A stretch of 55,072 nt of DNA from Deltaproteobacteria bacterium (GTDB lineage: Bacteria; Desulfobacterota; Desulfobacteria; Desulfobacterales; JAUWMJ01): positions 1 to 55,072 of the forward strand of contig DAOWEJ010000105.1 of NCBI GenBank assembly GCA_030638575.1. Reading direction: 5' to 3'. Shown here piece after piece: positions 10,006 to 18,354 of this stretch. The notes below the pieces were generated by a model that ran no database searches, had not been told where the DNA came from, and was given only the letters and a program-made list of their open reading frames with translations. Position 1 is the first letter of the stretch. Each line of letters begins with the position of its first letter. Both the position numbers and the translations under genes were made by a program.

Positions 10006-11346
10006 CTAATTGTTAACGGGCGGTCTGCCTATACTGAAATACGCAAAGCCTTGGTCTGCAACAAATGATGGGGAATAGAGATTTCGGCCATCAAAGATTA
10101 CCGGTGCTGTTAATCCCTTTTTAATGCGTTTAAAATCCGGATTTCGAAACTGGTTCCAGTCTGTTACCACGGCCAAGGCATCAGCACTTTCCAGGACTTC
10201 ATATTGATTTTTGAGGATCTTTACAAGAGAGTTATCTGCAAGAGCTTTTTTTGCATTTTCTCCGGCAACAGGATCGAAAGCACGTATCTGCATACCCTTG
10301 GAAGTCAACTCCGTAATAATTTCTAAAGAAGCTGATTCGCGAATATCATCAGTGTTTGCTTTAAAGGAAAGCCCCCAAAGCGCCAGGGTTTTGTTTTTTA
10401 CACCGTTTTTACCGGAAAAATAATCCTTTATCTTATCAGCCAGAACCTTTTTCTGCCTCGTATTGACCTCGTCCACAGCTGTAATGAGTTTTGGTTCGTA
10501 GCCGTTTTCCTGTGTTGTATTAATAAGCGCTTTAACATCTTTCGGAAAGCATGAACCCCCGTAACCTACACCCGGGTATATAAAATGGTAGCCGATACGG
10601 TGGTCGGAACCGATACCGATTCTTACATCACTTACATCTGCACCTACGTGTTCACAAATGTTGGCGATTTCGTTCATGAAGGAAATTTTGGTTGCCAGCA
10701 TGCAGTTGGCGGCATACTTGGTCAGTTCTGCACTTTTTATACTCATTACAATCATCTTTTCGCGACTGCGTGCAAACGGCGCATACAAGGTCTCCATCAG
10801 TTTAGAGGTGCGGATATTGTCCGTCCCTAAAATTACTCTGTCAGGTTTCATAAAATCGTTGATTGCATCGCCTTCTTTTAGAAATTCAGGATTTGAAACA
10901 ACATCAAATTCAATATTAATCCCCCTTTTTTCAATCTCTTCCTGAATAATTTTTTGCACCTGATCTGCCGTTCCTACCGGAACAGTCGATTTATTTATTA
11001 TGATCTTGTATTCATTCAAAGTTCGACCGATTTGAGATGCCACCTGATAAACATAGGAAAGGTCGCAGGAGCCATCAGGTTTTGAGGGTGTACCAACACA
11101 ATTTAATATAAACAAAGCGTCTTCAATACCATCTGTCAGGTTAGTTGAAAAAGTTAGTCGTCCTTGTTCAATATTTCTCTTTACGAGCTGTTCAAGGCCT
11201 GGCTCATATATATGTATTTTTCCTGATTTTAGCTTATCGATTATTACTGAATCAATATCAATGCAGCAGACATCATTGCCCATTTCTGCGAAACAGGCTG
11301 CCGTAACAAGTCCTACATATCCGGTTCCTACTATGCAAATATTCAT
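10006..11346 (-). CDS. ugd: UDP-glucose 6-dehydrogenase
   Basis: GTGYVG, SNPEFLKEG, GYGGSCFPKD, FDGRN. Confidence 0.9.
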   Translation of the reverse strand: MNICIVGTGYVGLVTAACFAEMGNDVCCIDIDSVIIDKLKSGKIHIYEPGLEQLVKRNIEQGRLTFSTNLTDGIEDALFILNCVGTPSKPDGSCDLSYVYQVASQIGRTLNEYKIIINKSTVPVGTADQVQKIIQEEIEKRGINIEFDVVSNPEFLKEGDAINDFMKPDRVILGTDNIRTSKLMETLYAPFARSREKMIVMSIKSAELTKYAANCMLATKISFMNEIANICEHVGADVSDVRIGIGSDHRIGYHFIYPGVGYGGSCFPKDVKALINTTQENGYEPKLITAVDEVNTRQKKVLADKIKDYFSGKNGVKNKTLALWGLSFKANTDDIRESASLEIITELTSKGMQIRAFDPVAGENAKKALADNSLVKILKNQYEVLESADALAVVTDWNQFRNPDFKRIKKGLTAPVIFDGRNLYSPSFVADQGFAYFSIGRPPVNN

Positions 11347-11371
11347 GATCTATAGTCTTCCTTTCAAAAAT

Positions 11372-11685
11372 TGAATTGATTCTATTTTATGTTCTTTTAT
11401 TAGACAGGATTATACAGGATAGTTTTTATTTTAATCACTTCCCGGATGGAAGTGATTAAATCTAATCCGCTTTCAGCGGAGGTAAAAATTACATGGTGCG
11501 TAGCTTGCAATTCATCAATATAGCATAATAATACTTTCGCCAAAGGCGAATTGCACTTCATAATTTTCATCCAGCCGTCGCATCTTGGCAGATGCTATGG
11601 CGAGGCAAGCAGGAAAATTATGAATTAATCAATGTAATCCTGTAGATCCTGTCTATTAAGCAGTTAATAAGATCGAATCCATTCC
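11372..11685. repeat. Family-A cassette (reverse orientation)
   Basis: TAGACAGGATTATACAGGAT...AATCCTGTAGATCCTGTCTA...GATCGAATCCATTCC; CCGCTTTCAGCGG precedes TCGCCAAAGGCGA; insert 11572-11610. Confidence 0.85.
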
Positions 11686-11718
11686 TCTGTAGTATTTAAT
11701 AAGTTTTTATGGCAATTG

Positions 11719-13293
11719 TTATCTGGCTATTATCTTCTTGCACCCGTTTCGATCAATTTTGCCATTGGTATTTTTTGGAAGAGAACGAACTAATTTAATA
11801 GAGCTGGGCAATTTATATTTTGGCAAACTATCAGCACAAAGACTCATGATTTTTTTTTCGCTGCTGGTTCCATTTTTTGGTACTGCCAGGGCAATTAGTC
11901 TGTTGCCCAACAGTTCATCCGGTATTCCTATAACTGCAGTTTCAATAACGAGCTCTGTGGCCATTAACACATCTTCGATTTCTTGCGGGTTGATCCGGTG
12001 TCCACCAACTTTCAGCAAATTGTCACTGCGCCCGCTAACATAAAAATACCCTTCTTCGTCATAGTAGCCCAAATCTCCTGTGTGGTATCCGTTTTTATCC
12101 AAAACAGCGGATGTTGCCTTGTTATCCTTCCAATAGCCCTGCATAATATTATAACCTGAAGCTACAAGTTCCCCTTTCTGCCCGGTTTGAAGTTTCTTTC
12201 CTTGTTTATCTAAAACCCGCATCGCGACTCCAGGAATCGGTTTGCCGATAGAAGCCATTTTATCCGTAAATCGATCAGGCTCAAGGTAAGTAAGTCTGGC
12301 AGACGCTTCTGTTGCACCATACATAATATAGATCTGCGTGTGTTCAGGTAATACCTGCCGAAGTTCTTCTTTAATCTTACTGGACATATGCCCGCCGGCT
12401 TGAGAGCAATAACGCAATGAACCAAGCCTGTCACGATAGTTTTTCAAAGGGGAACGATGAAGAAGATAGGCATAGGTGGAAGGTACACCCGAAAAACCGG
12501 TAACCTTCTCATCTACTATCTGCTTTATAACTGCCGCAGGAAAAGCGAACTTATTATTGATAACTACGGTTCCTCCAACTGCAAAGTGCGTATTCAAAAG
12601 AGACTTTCCCATCACGTAGAAAAAAGGAAGTACTACCATCTGGATGTCTTTATGCGTCAGGTTCAGATACCTGCAGATCGATTTAGTATTTGACACAATA
12701 TTTCCATGTGACAGCATTACTCCTTTTGGTTTTCCGGTAGAACCTGAAGTATAAATAATGCTTGCAAGATCTGAATCTCCAATCGAAATGTCAGGATTAA
12801 AAAATTCATCATTTGTAATGATATCTTCCCATGAAATAAGAGCAAAAGGATAAGATGACCAGTTCTGCTTTGGATATTTTAATAATAGCGCTTTTATATT
12901 ATAAGGTTCAAGATCCGTTGCTTTAAGGAGTCTTTCGAATCTTGAAGAAGAGATAATTACTTTAGGCTCCAGTTCTTTCAAGAGAGGCTTCAGACCGTCA
13001 GGCTTCAGCTCACTGCTAAGGGGTACTGCCACTGCGCCTGCCTTAAGTATACCGTAATAGCCGGCCACATATTCCAGGCTGTTTTCTAAAACCAGTACAA
13101 CACGATCACCCTTGATGATTCCAAGGTTTATGAGCCAATGGGCCAATTGATTGGCTTTTACATTTATCTGCGCATAAGTAGCCCTGATTTCTTCATGTAT
13201 GAGTGCTGGTTTATCCGGAAAGATTTTTGCACTTTCTTCCAGGAAATGATGGATGAGTCTTGCTTGTTGTCCGTTGTTGTTTGTCATTTGCAT
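11719..13293 (-). CDS. AMP-dependent acyl-CoA/acyl-ACP ligase (class I adenylate-forming enzyme)
   Basis: YTSGSTGKPKG, YGATE, TGDLG, GKIDR. Confidence 0.95.
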   Translation of the reverse strand: MQMTNNNGQQARLIHHFLEESAKIFPDKPALIHEEIRATYAQINVKANQLAHWLINLGIIKGDRVVLVLENSLEYVAGYYGILKAGAVAVPLSSELKPDGLKPLLKELEPKVIISSSRFERLLKATDLEPYNIKALLLKYPKQNWSSYPFALISWEDIITNDEFFNPDISIGDSDLASIIYTSGSTGKPKGVMLSHGNIVSNTKSICRYLNLTHKDIQMVVLPFFYVMGKSLLNTHFAVGGTVVINNKFAFPAAVIKQIVDEKVTGFSGVPSTYAYLLHRSPLKNYRDRLGSLRYCSQAGGHMSSKIKEELRQVLPEHTQIYIMYGATEASARLTYLEPDRFTDKMASIGKPIPGVAMRVLDKQGKKLQTGQKGELVASGYNIMQGYWKDNKATSAVLDKNGYHTGDLGYYDEEGYFYVSGRSDNLLKVGGHRINPQEIEDVLMATELVIETAVIGIPDELLGNRLIALAVPKNGTSSEKKIMSLCADSLPKYKLPSSIKLVRSLPKNTNGKIDRNGCKKIIAR

Positions 13294-13316
13294 AAATTTT
13301 TTCAGAAGATATTATA

Positions 13317-13424
13317 TTACCGCCCATTCGCTCCGCTCATTCGATGCACAGAGCACGCAAAGAGTTACATCTTATTCCTTTTCGCTGAGAGGCGCGAAAA
13401 GGAATAAACCCAAGCCCTTCGGGC
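13317..13424. repeat. Orphan half of a GxxExxY-type cassette end
   Basis: GCACAGAG-CACGCAAAG units plus hairpin TTATTCCTTTTCGC-TGAGAGGC-GCGAAAAGGAATAA, with the same TGAGAGG loop as the hairpins flanking the GxxExxY gene. Confidence 0.65.
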
Positions 13425-13583
13425 AGATAATGTTAAATTCGATCAACTAAAGGTTCATGATAAAATAACTTTACATTTTTATGAGTCGAGTCGCCTGCAT
13501 GGCAAGGCGCGAGGAAGGCGAATTGCGAGCTATTTAACTGATGAGCAACGCAGCCAGGCGGTGCAGGCACAGACTTAATTTCT

Positions 13584-13826
13584 CTAATCTTCAGGTTCTA
13601 CCCATACTATGTGCTCTTTATTAACAATCAGGGTTTTATCCTCCCCTTCCTTTGAGCGTGCATCAATAATAACTATAAACGGGCTGGCACTTTTCGTAAA
13701 TAAGTCTGAAACTCTTTTATTTGGAGTAAGATTTACCATTCCCTGCAGGGTTCTGCCGTCTGAAGTTCTTATTGTAATTGTTTTGTATTCAGGCTTGTTG
13801 CTGCTTGGTTGCTCATTTTTTTTCAT
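13584..13826 (-). CDS. Small conserved hypothetical protein (DUF6812-like)
   Basis: 80 aa, RBS GGAGG, RVSDLF...LIVNKEHIVWVEP; family assignment from memory. Confidence 0.7.
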   Translation of the reverse strand: MKKNEQPSSNKPEYKTITIRTSDGRTLQGMVNLTPNKRVSDLFTKSASPFIVIIDARSKEGEDKTLIVNKEHIVWVEPED

Positions 13827-13842
13827 TCCGACTATACCCTCC

Positions 13843-14091
13843 TTATACTGTTATTTTCCTTTCCAGAAAGGCTGTTACATTGTTGATGGAATCTAAGTTT
13901 TCCGGCACAAGTTCTTCATCTTCAACACTGATTGAAAACTCTTCTTCCAGAAAAGTAACCAGTTCAAGGATTCCTGTTGAATCAATGATTCCATCTTCAA
14001 GAAATGAAGTGTCATCTCCCAAACCGTCTTCGCTTCCAAAAAGGAAGTTTTCTACAATAAATGTTTTAATTTTTTCTTTTGTTTCGTTCAT
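13843..14091 (-). CDS. Acyl carrier protein
   Basis: 82 aa, acidic, GIIDSTG phosphopantetheine-attachment motif. Confidence 0.95.
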   Translation of the reverse strand: MNETKEKIKTFIVENFLFGSEDGLGDDTSFLEDGIIDSTGILELVTFLEEEFSISVEDEELVPENLDSINNVTAFLERKITV

Positions 14092-14110
14092 TTCTATCCT
14101 TTCTTATTTA

Positions 14111-14701
14111 TTCCACCGCAAAGGCGCTCAATTCGCTGAGATAATTAGTTTTTTGTTTTCCGTTGAGAGGACGGAAAACAAAAAAACAGTCTTTTACGGC
14201 TATTCTTCCAATTGATTAACGAGTCTAACAATACCATCTTTCATAACCGAAACATTAAAATTGAGTAGCAACCCTAATTTTTGGCCTGATAATTTCAGGT
14301 AGGATAATAGCTGAGCCTTGTGGATTGGCTCTATCTTTTCAATGGATTTCAATTCGGTAATTATTTTATTATCAATAACAATATCGAGACGGTATCCACA
14401 ATCCAGTCTTTTTCTTTTATAGATAATCTGTAAAGCTTTCTGTCTTTCGAATTTTATCCTTCGAAGCTCTAACTCATAACAAATACATTCTTCGTATGCA
14501 GATTCTAACAGACCTGGGCCAAGAGTCCTATGGACTTCAATAGCCGCTCCGATTATCTTACTGCTTAGTTGATTAATGTCCATTTTTGATCTTACCTTAA
14601 ATGGCAAAAAGCATCAGTAACAATGCTGTTTTTCTATTGTCGGCCTCTCAACGACAATAGAAAATTGTTCATCTCTGCGACCTTTGCGACTTTGCGGTGA
14701 A
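14111..14701. mobile_element. GxxExxY cassette bounded by inverted 9-mer arrays and twin hairpins
   Basis: CACCGCAAAGGCGC..TCGCTGAG (14113-14140) versus CTCTGCGACCTTTGCGACTTTGCGGTGAA (14673-14701); hairpins 14149-14187 and 14630-14664 share CGTTGAGAGG in inverted orientation. Confidence 0.65.
14200..14583 (-). CDS. GxxExxY protein (PD-(D/E)XK nuclease-like, PDDEXK_3/TIGR04256-type)
   Basis: LGPGLLESAYEEC, YRLDIV, ELKS, AQLLSYLK, GLLLNF; likely start ATG 14583 rather than 14607. Confidence 0.92.
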   Translation of the reverse strand: MDINQLSSKIIGAAIEVHRTLGPGLLESAYEECICYELELRRIKFERQKALQIIYKRKRLDCGYRLDIVIDNKIITELKSIEKIEPIHKAQLLSYLKLSGQKLGLLLNFNVSVMKDGIVRLVNQLEE

Positions 14702-14709
14702 TATACCTT

Positions 14710-15702
14710 TTATTTTTTTATTTCAGGGACGTCATCTACCAGAAGAGGTTGCAGGTGTAAATAGCGCGTAGTTAACCTTTTGGTGTCGATATCATCGTAC
14801 ACCCTTTGTATCTGTTCCGGCTCTAAATCGAGGTATTCAGCAACAGTCTCAACCGAAATGCCATTGTTCTTTCCATATAAGCAGAGATCCATTCTATCAT
14901 AGGGAAGGGAGAAATAGAATTCATCCTGGCCCTGGGAAAGCGAATAGGTATCTGTTGTAGGCGGCCGTTCTCTGATTTCTTCGGGAACACCGAGATATTC
15001 TGCTAATTGGTATACCTGCGTCTTATAAAGATGGGCTATCGGCTTTACATCCGCAGCACCGTCACCCAGTTTTACAAAAAAGCCCTGGTCATATTCCAGG
15101 CGGTTCGGGGTCCCGGCCACAGCAAAGTTAAGTCTGTCAGCATGATAGTATTCAAGCATTTTGCGTATGCGTTGCTTGAAATTAGTCGCCGCAACAATTT
15201 CAAGATATGCCCTCAACGTAAGCCGCTTTTTTACAATAGTATTGTCAGGGCTTTGAGCAACAATTGAAAATAAATTAAAACCTTTTGTTTCAATAACGTT
15301 CGGGGTGACAATCTTAGACTTCCATCCGTCTCCGTATCCAGGGACAACCATTCGTACAGCATCATCATATCTCTTGTAGAAACCCACCGACTCGAGTATT
15401 CCGGAAATATCTTCATGAACTTTATCAACACCAAAATGATCTGCCACCATTTGGCTTAGTTCAAGGGTATCAGCGGCAGAATGACGCTCAGGCATCAACA
15501 ACGCCAAAACCCGATCCCGGCCTAAAGCTTTTGCTGAAAGTGCAGTGGTGACACTGCTGTCAATGCCACCGGAAAGCGCGACGATCAAGCCTCGTCGTTT
15601 AAACTGGTTTGCCGTAAAACTGATAAGTTGTTTGGTGATTTTTTCTACTTCTTCTTCCGGATCGATTATTAAAACATCTTTTGAGAATTTTTGGTTTTTC
15701 AT
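14710..15702 (-). CDS. nadE: NH3-dependent NAD+ synthetase-like protein
   Basis: SGGIDS, GFFVKLGDG, KPIAHLYKTQV; no glutaminase domain. Confidence 0.8.
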   Translation of the reverse strand: MKNQKFSKDVLIIDPEEEVEKITKQLISFTANQFKRRGLIVALSGGIDSSVTTALSAKALGRDRVLALLMPERHSAADTLELSQMVADHFGVDKVHEDISGILESVGFYKRYDDAVRMVVPGYGDGWKSKIVTPNVIETKGFNLFSIVAQSPDNTIVKKRLTLRAYLEIVAATNFKQRIRKMLEYYHADRLNFAVAGTPNRLEYDQGFFVKLGDGAADVKPIAHLYKTQVYQLAEYLGVPEEIRERPPTTDTYSLSQGQDEFYFSLPYDRMDLCLYGKNNGISVETVAEYLDLEPEQIQRVYDDIDTKRLTTRYLHLQPLLVDDVPEIKK

Positions 15703-15735
15703 AAATATCCTTTTTGTTTTTTATTAGCCGGCTTC

Positions 15736-17748
15736 CTATCTTCCCAGCTTCCCGGCCTCCTGGCCTTTTCCAAATATTTTGACATCATCCGGCTCTTGAA
15801 TCGGATGAGTAGGGAAATTTTGTATAAACTGGTGATCTAAAAGCTGAGTGGAAAGAATTCCGACCATGGCCATATTCTCCCGTTCACTTAAAATTTGCCC
15901 TTCCTTCTTCCTGCATTTCATAACAAGCCTTGAAACCTTTTTATTATCAAAATAGCCGCTTCTCTTGATTGCACTTTCTGACAGCAAATCTTCCACATAA
16001 TCGACAGGTTGATTACCAAAAAAACATTTACTTATGGGTGCACGATACGGTTGTTTGGGTCTGTCAATTACTTCAGCAGGAATAAGGCCGCGAGCTGCCT
16101 GCTTTAAAATGAATTTTTCCTTAAGCCCGTTCATTCGATAGCATGGCGGAACCCGGGTGGCAAACTCAACCACGCGATGGTCCAGAAATGGATAGCGTCC
16201 TTCGACGGCATTTGCCATGGCCATCCGATCTCCTTGGGAAGACAAAAGATAATTTGAAAGAAAAAGATTGATTTCAGTAAATTGGGCTCTTGACAGCGGA
16301 TGCCATGACATGAAATCCGCCGGCAGCGTAGAAACAAATCTATCGAAAAATTCTTCCTGGGTTCCGGTTTCCTTCTGCAAATCATCCGAAAAGAAACCTC
16401 TCAGGTGGGCAGTATTTTGCCATCTGAGCAAGTGAGAATAAACAGGTGAGTTAGTTTCGGAAAGACTTTTTCTGAAAAATCCCTCCAGAAATGCTTTTGC
16501 CTTACCGTTTTGCTGGGCAAAAACATAGGGGTAAAGTCTTTCAAGGAGCATGGGCCGCATCCTGGAATCAGGGTTCCGTGCCCAGAACCTTCGCACCCTG
16601 TCTTCTTTGAAGATATTATAGCCGGCAAATATCTCATCAGCCCCTTCACCTGTCAGCACTACCTTGAAGTTGTTTTCTCGGACCAGCTTTGAAAGATGAT
16701 AAAGGGGAGCGGGAGCTGTCCTTAGTACTGGCACTTCCGTGTGCCAGATGACTTGAGGGAAAGCCTCTCCGATATCTTTTTCAGCACACCTAATATCTCG
16801 ATGTTCAGTTTCAAGGGCATTAACTGCTATTTCTTGAAAAGGAGTTTCGTCGAAACGGCTATCTGTGAAACTGACTGAAAAAGTACGAAGTAAATTGTTG
16901 AAATTGCGTTTTACGAGTGCACTGGTATAGGTGCTGTCAAGTCCGCCGCTTAGATACGCTCCAACAGGAACATCCGCACGGAGCCGAATTCTTGCAGCAT
17001 CACGAAGCAAATGGTTTAATTCTTCTGTCCATTCTAATAAAGGTCGTTCACTTGGGTATTCATCACTTTGACTGTTAAAAGATAATTTCCAGTAGCGATG
17101 TGTTCTGAAACCCTTCTTAGAGAACCTGGCATAATGCCCCGGCGGAACCTGATATATATCCCCGAACGGCGTAGAAGAACCAACAGGTGTCCAGCATGTA
17201 AATATATCTGAAAGTGTCTGTGAATCGAGTTTGCGTGGAATCGTTGGGTCAGCAAACAGAGCTTTTACTTCAGAACCGAATACCAGCCGCCCGTTATTTT
17301 GGTAGTAGAAAAGAGGCCTGATACCCACCCTATCACGCCCAAGCAGCAAGGCTTCCTTTTTTTGGTCCCACAGGGCAAATGCAAACTGTCCGTTCAGGTC
17401 ATTAAACATTTCCGAACCGTGTTCCTCATATAAATGCACCAGGACTTCCGTGTCGGTTTGAGTGTAAAACCGGTGGCCCCGTGCAACTAAATCTTCCCGG
17501 AGTTCCGGGTAGTTGAATATTTCACCGTTGAACACTATCCACACAGATCGATCTTCATTGTGAATCGGTTGATCTCCGCCACTTAAGTCAATGATACTCA
17601 ACCTTGCATGCGCCAATCCCGCATTAGGGCTTATGAAAATACCTGAGGCATCCGGCCCCCTGTGACGAATAAGTCCGATCATCCGGCAAAGGGTGCCTTG
17701 CATGTCTTCAGCGTGATTATAATTAATTATTCCTGCTATTCCGCACAT
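15736..17748 (-). CDS. asnB: Asparagine synthase (glutamine-hydrolysing) family amidotransferase
   Basis: MCGI N-terminus, HRGPD, NGEIFN, LSGGLDS, GEGADE. Confidence 0.92.
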   Translation of the reverse strand: MCGIAGIINYNHAEDMQGTLCRMIGLIRHRGPDASGIFISPNAGLAHARLSIIDLSGGDQPIHNEDRSVWIVFNGEIFNYPELREDLVARGHRFYTQTDTEVLVHLYEEHGSEMFNDLNGQFAFALWDQKKEALLLGRDRVGIRPLFYYQNNGRLVFGSEVKALFADPTIPRKLDSQTLSDIFTCWTPVGSSTPFGDIYQVPPGHYARFSKKGFRTHRYWKLSFNSQSDEYPSERPLLEWTEELNHLLRDAARIRLRADVPVGAYLSGGLDSTYTSALVKRNFNNLLRTFSVSFTDSRFDETPFQEIAVNALETEHRDIRCAEKDIGEAFPQVIWHTEVPVLRTAPAPLYHLSKLVRENNFKVVLTGEGADEIFAGYNIFKEDRVRRFWARNPDSRMRPMLLERLYPYVFAQQNGKAKAFLEGFFRKSLSETNSPVYSHLLRWQNTAHLRGFFSDDLQKETGTQEEFFDRFVSTLPADFMSWHPLSRAQFTEINLFLSNYLLSSQGDRMAMANAVEGRYPFLDHRVVEFATRVPPCYRMNGLKEKFILKQAARGLIPAEVIDRPKQPYRAPISKCFFGNQPVDYVEDLLSESAIKRSGYFDNKKVSRLVMKCRKKEGQILSERENMAMVGILSTQLLDHQFIQNFPTHPIQEPDDVKIFGKGQEAGKLGR

Positions 17749-17755
17749 GGATTAT

Positions 17756-17878
17756 ATAGCTCATAGCTGATAGCTCAGAGTTGACAGCTCAAAGCTGATA
17801 GTTCAGAGCTCATAGGGGTTAGGTACTGACAGCTCAGAGATCAAAGCTGATAGGAGTTAGGTGATAATCATGGGTCAT
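17756..17878. repeat. 7-mer array (AGCTSAT-type) on the 3' side of the four-helix-bundle gene
   Basis: ATAGCTC ATAGCTG ATAGCTC AGAGTTG ACAGCTC AAAGCTG ATAGTTC AGAGCTC... Confidence 0.95.
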
Positions 17879-17891
17879 AACAACTAAGCCT

Positions 17892-18251
17892 TTAAGCTTT
17901 AATTGAATTGATGAGGCCGGAAAGCATTCTATTTATTTCTTCGGCTTCTGAATACAATTCATTATACTTTTCTCGTTTCAGCCATTTCTTCTTTAGAAAT
18001 ATTTGTAGCATTGTTACAGTCTCGTAAAGAGACCCCCTGGAAATGTACAAAAAGTGTTTAAACTCCTTTTTCGAATATCTCCCTTTCCCTTCCGATATAT
18101 TCAAAGCCACTGAAGTACTAGAAGCTTCTAACTGTTCGATGAGCCTATAATGTTTCCGTGACGTATCGAGTTCGTCAACGAGATTAATCACTGAAACTGC
18201 AAAATCCAATGCCCTTTGATAAACTTGTAATTCCTCAAAAGCAAATCCCAT
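17892..18251 (-). CDS. Four helix bundle protein (23S rRNA IVS protein / TIGR02436 family)
   Basis: FEELQVYQRA, QLEASSTSVALNISEG, FLYISRGSLYE, MLSGLI; likely start ATG 18251 (AAGGA RBS); track start 18266. Confidence 0.92.
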   Translation of the reverse strand: MGFAFEELQVYQRALDFAVSVINLVDELDTSRKHYRLIEQLEASSTSVALNISEGKGRYSKKEFKHFLYISRGSLYETVTMLQIFLKKKWLKREKYNELYSEAEEINRMLSGLINSIKA

Positions 18252-18267
18252 TATCAATTCCTTCATT

Positions 18268-18353
18268 TATGAGCTGTGAGCTACCATCTGTCAGCTATTC
18301 CCTTACCTATCAGCTATTCCCTATGAGCTGTGAGCTATTACCTGTGAGCTATC
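18268..18353. repeat. Inverted 7-mer array (TGAGCTR) on the 5' side of the four-helix-bundle gene
   Basis: TATGAGCTGTGAGCTA...TATGAGCTGTGAGCTATTACCTGTGAGCTAT, reverse complement of the left-array unit. Confidence 0.95.
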
Positions 18354-18354
18354 C

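Noticed and set aside
17892-18251. Diversity-generating retroelement (Avd-like protein) or rRNA intervening sequence
   Set aside because: No reverse transcriptase, no TR/VR pair with adenine-specific mismatches, and no rRNA in the window.
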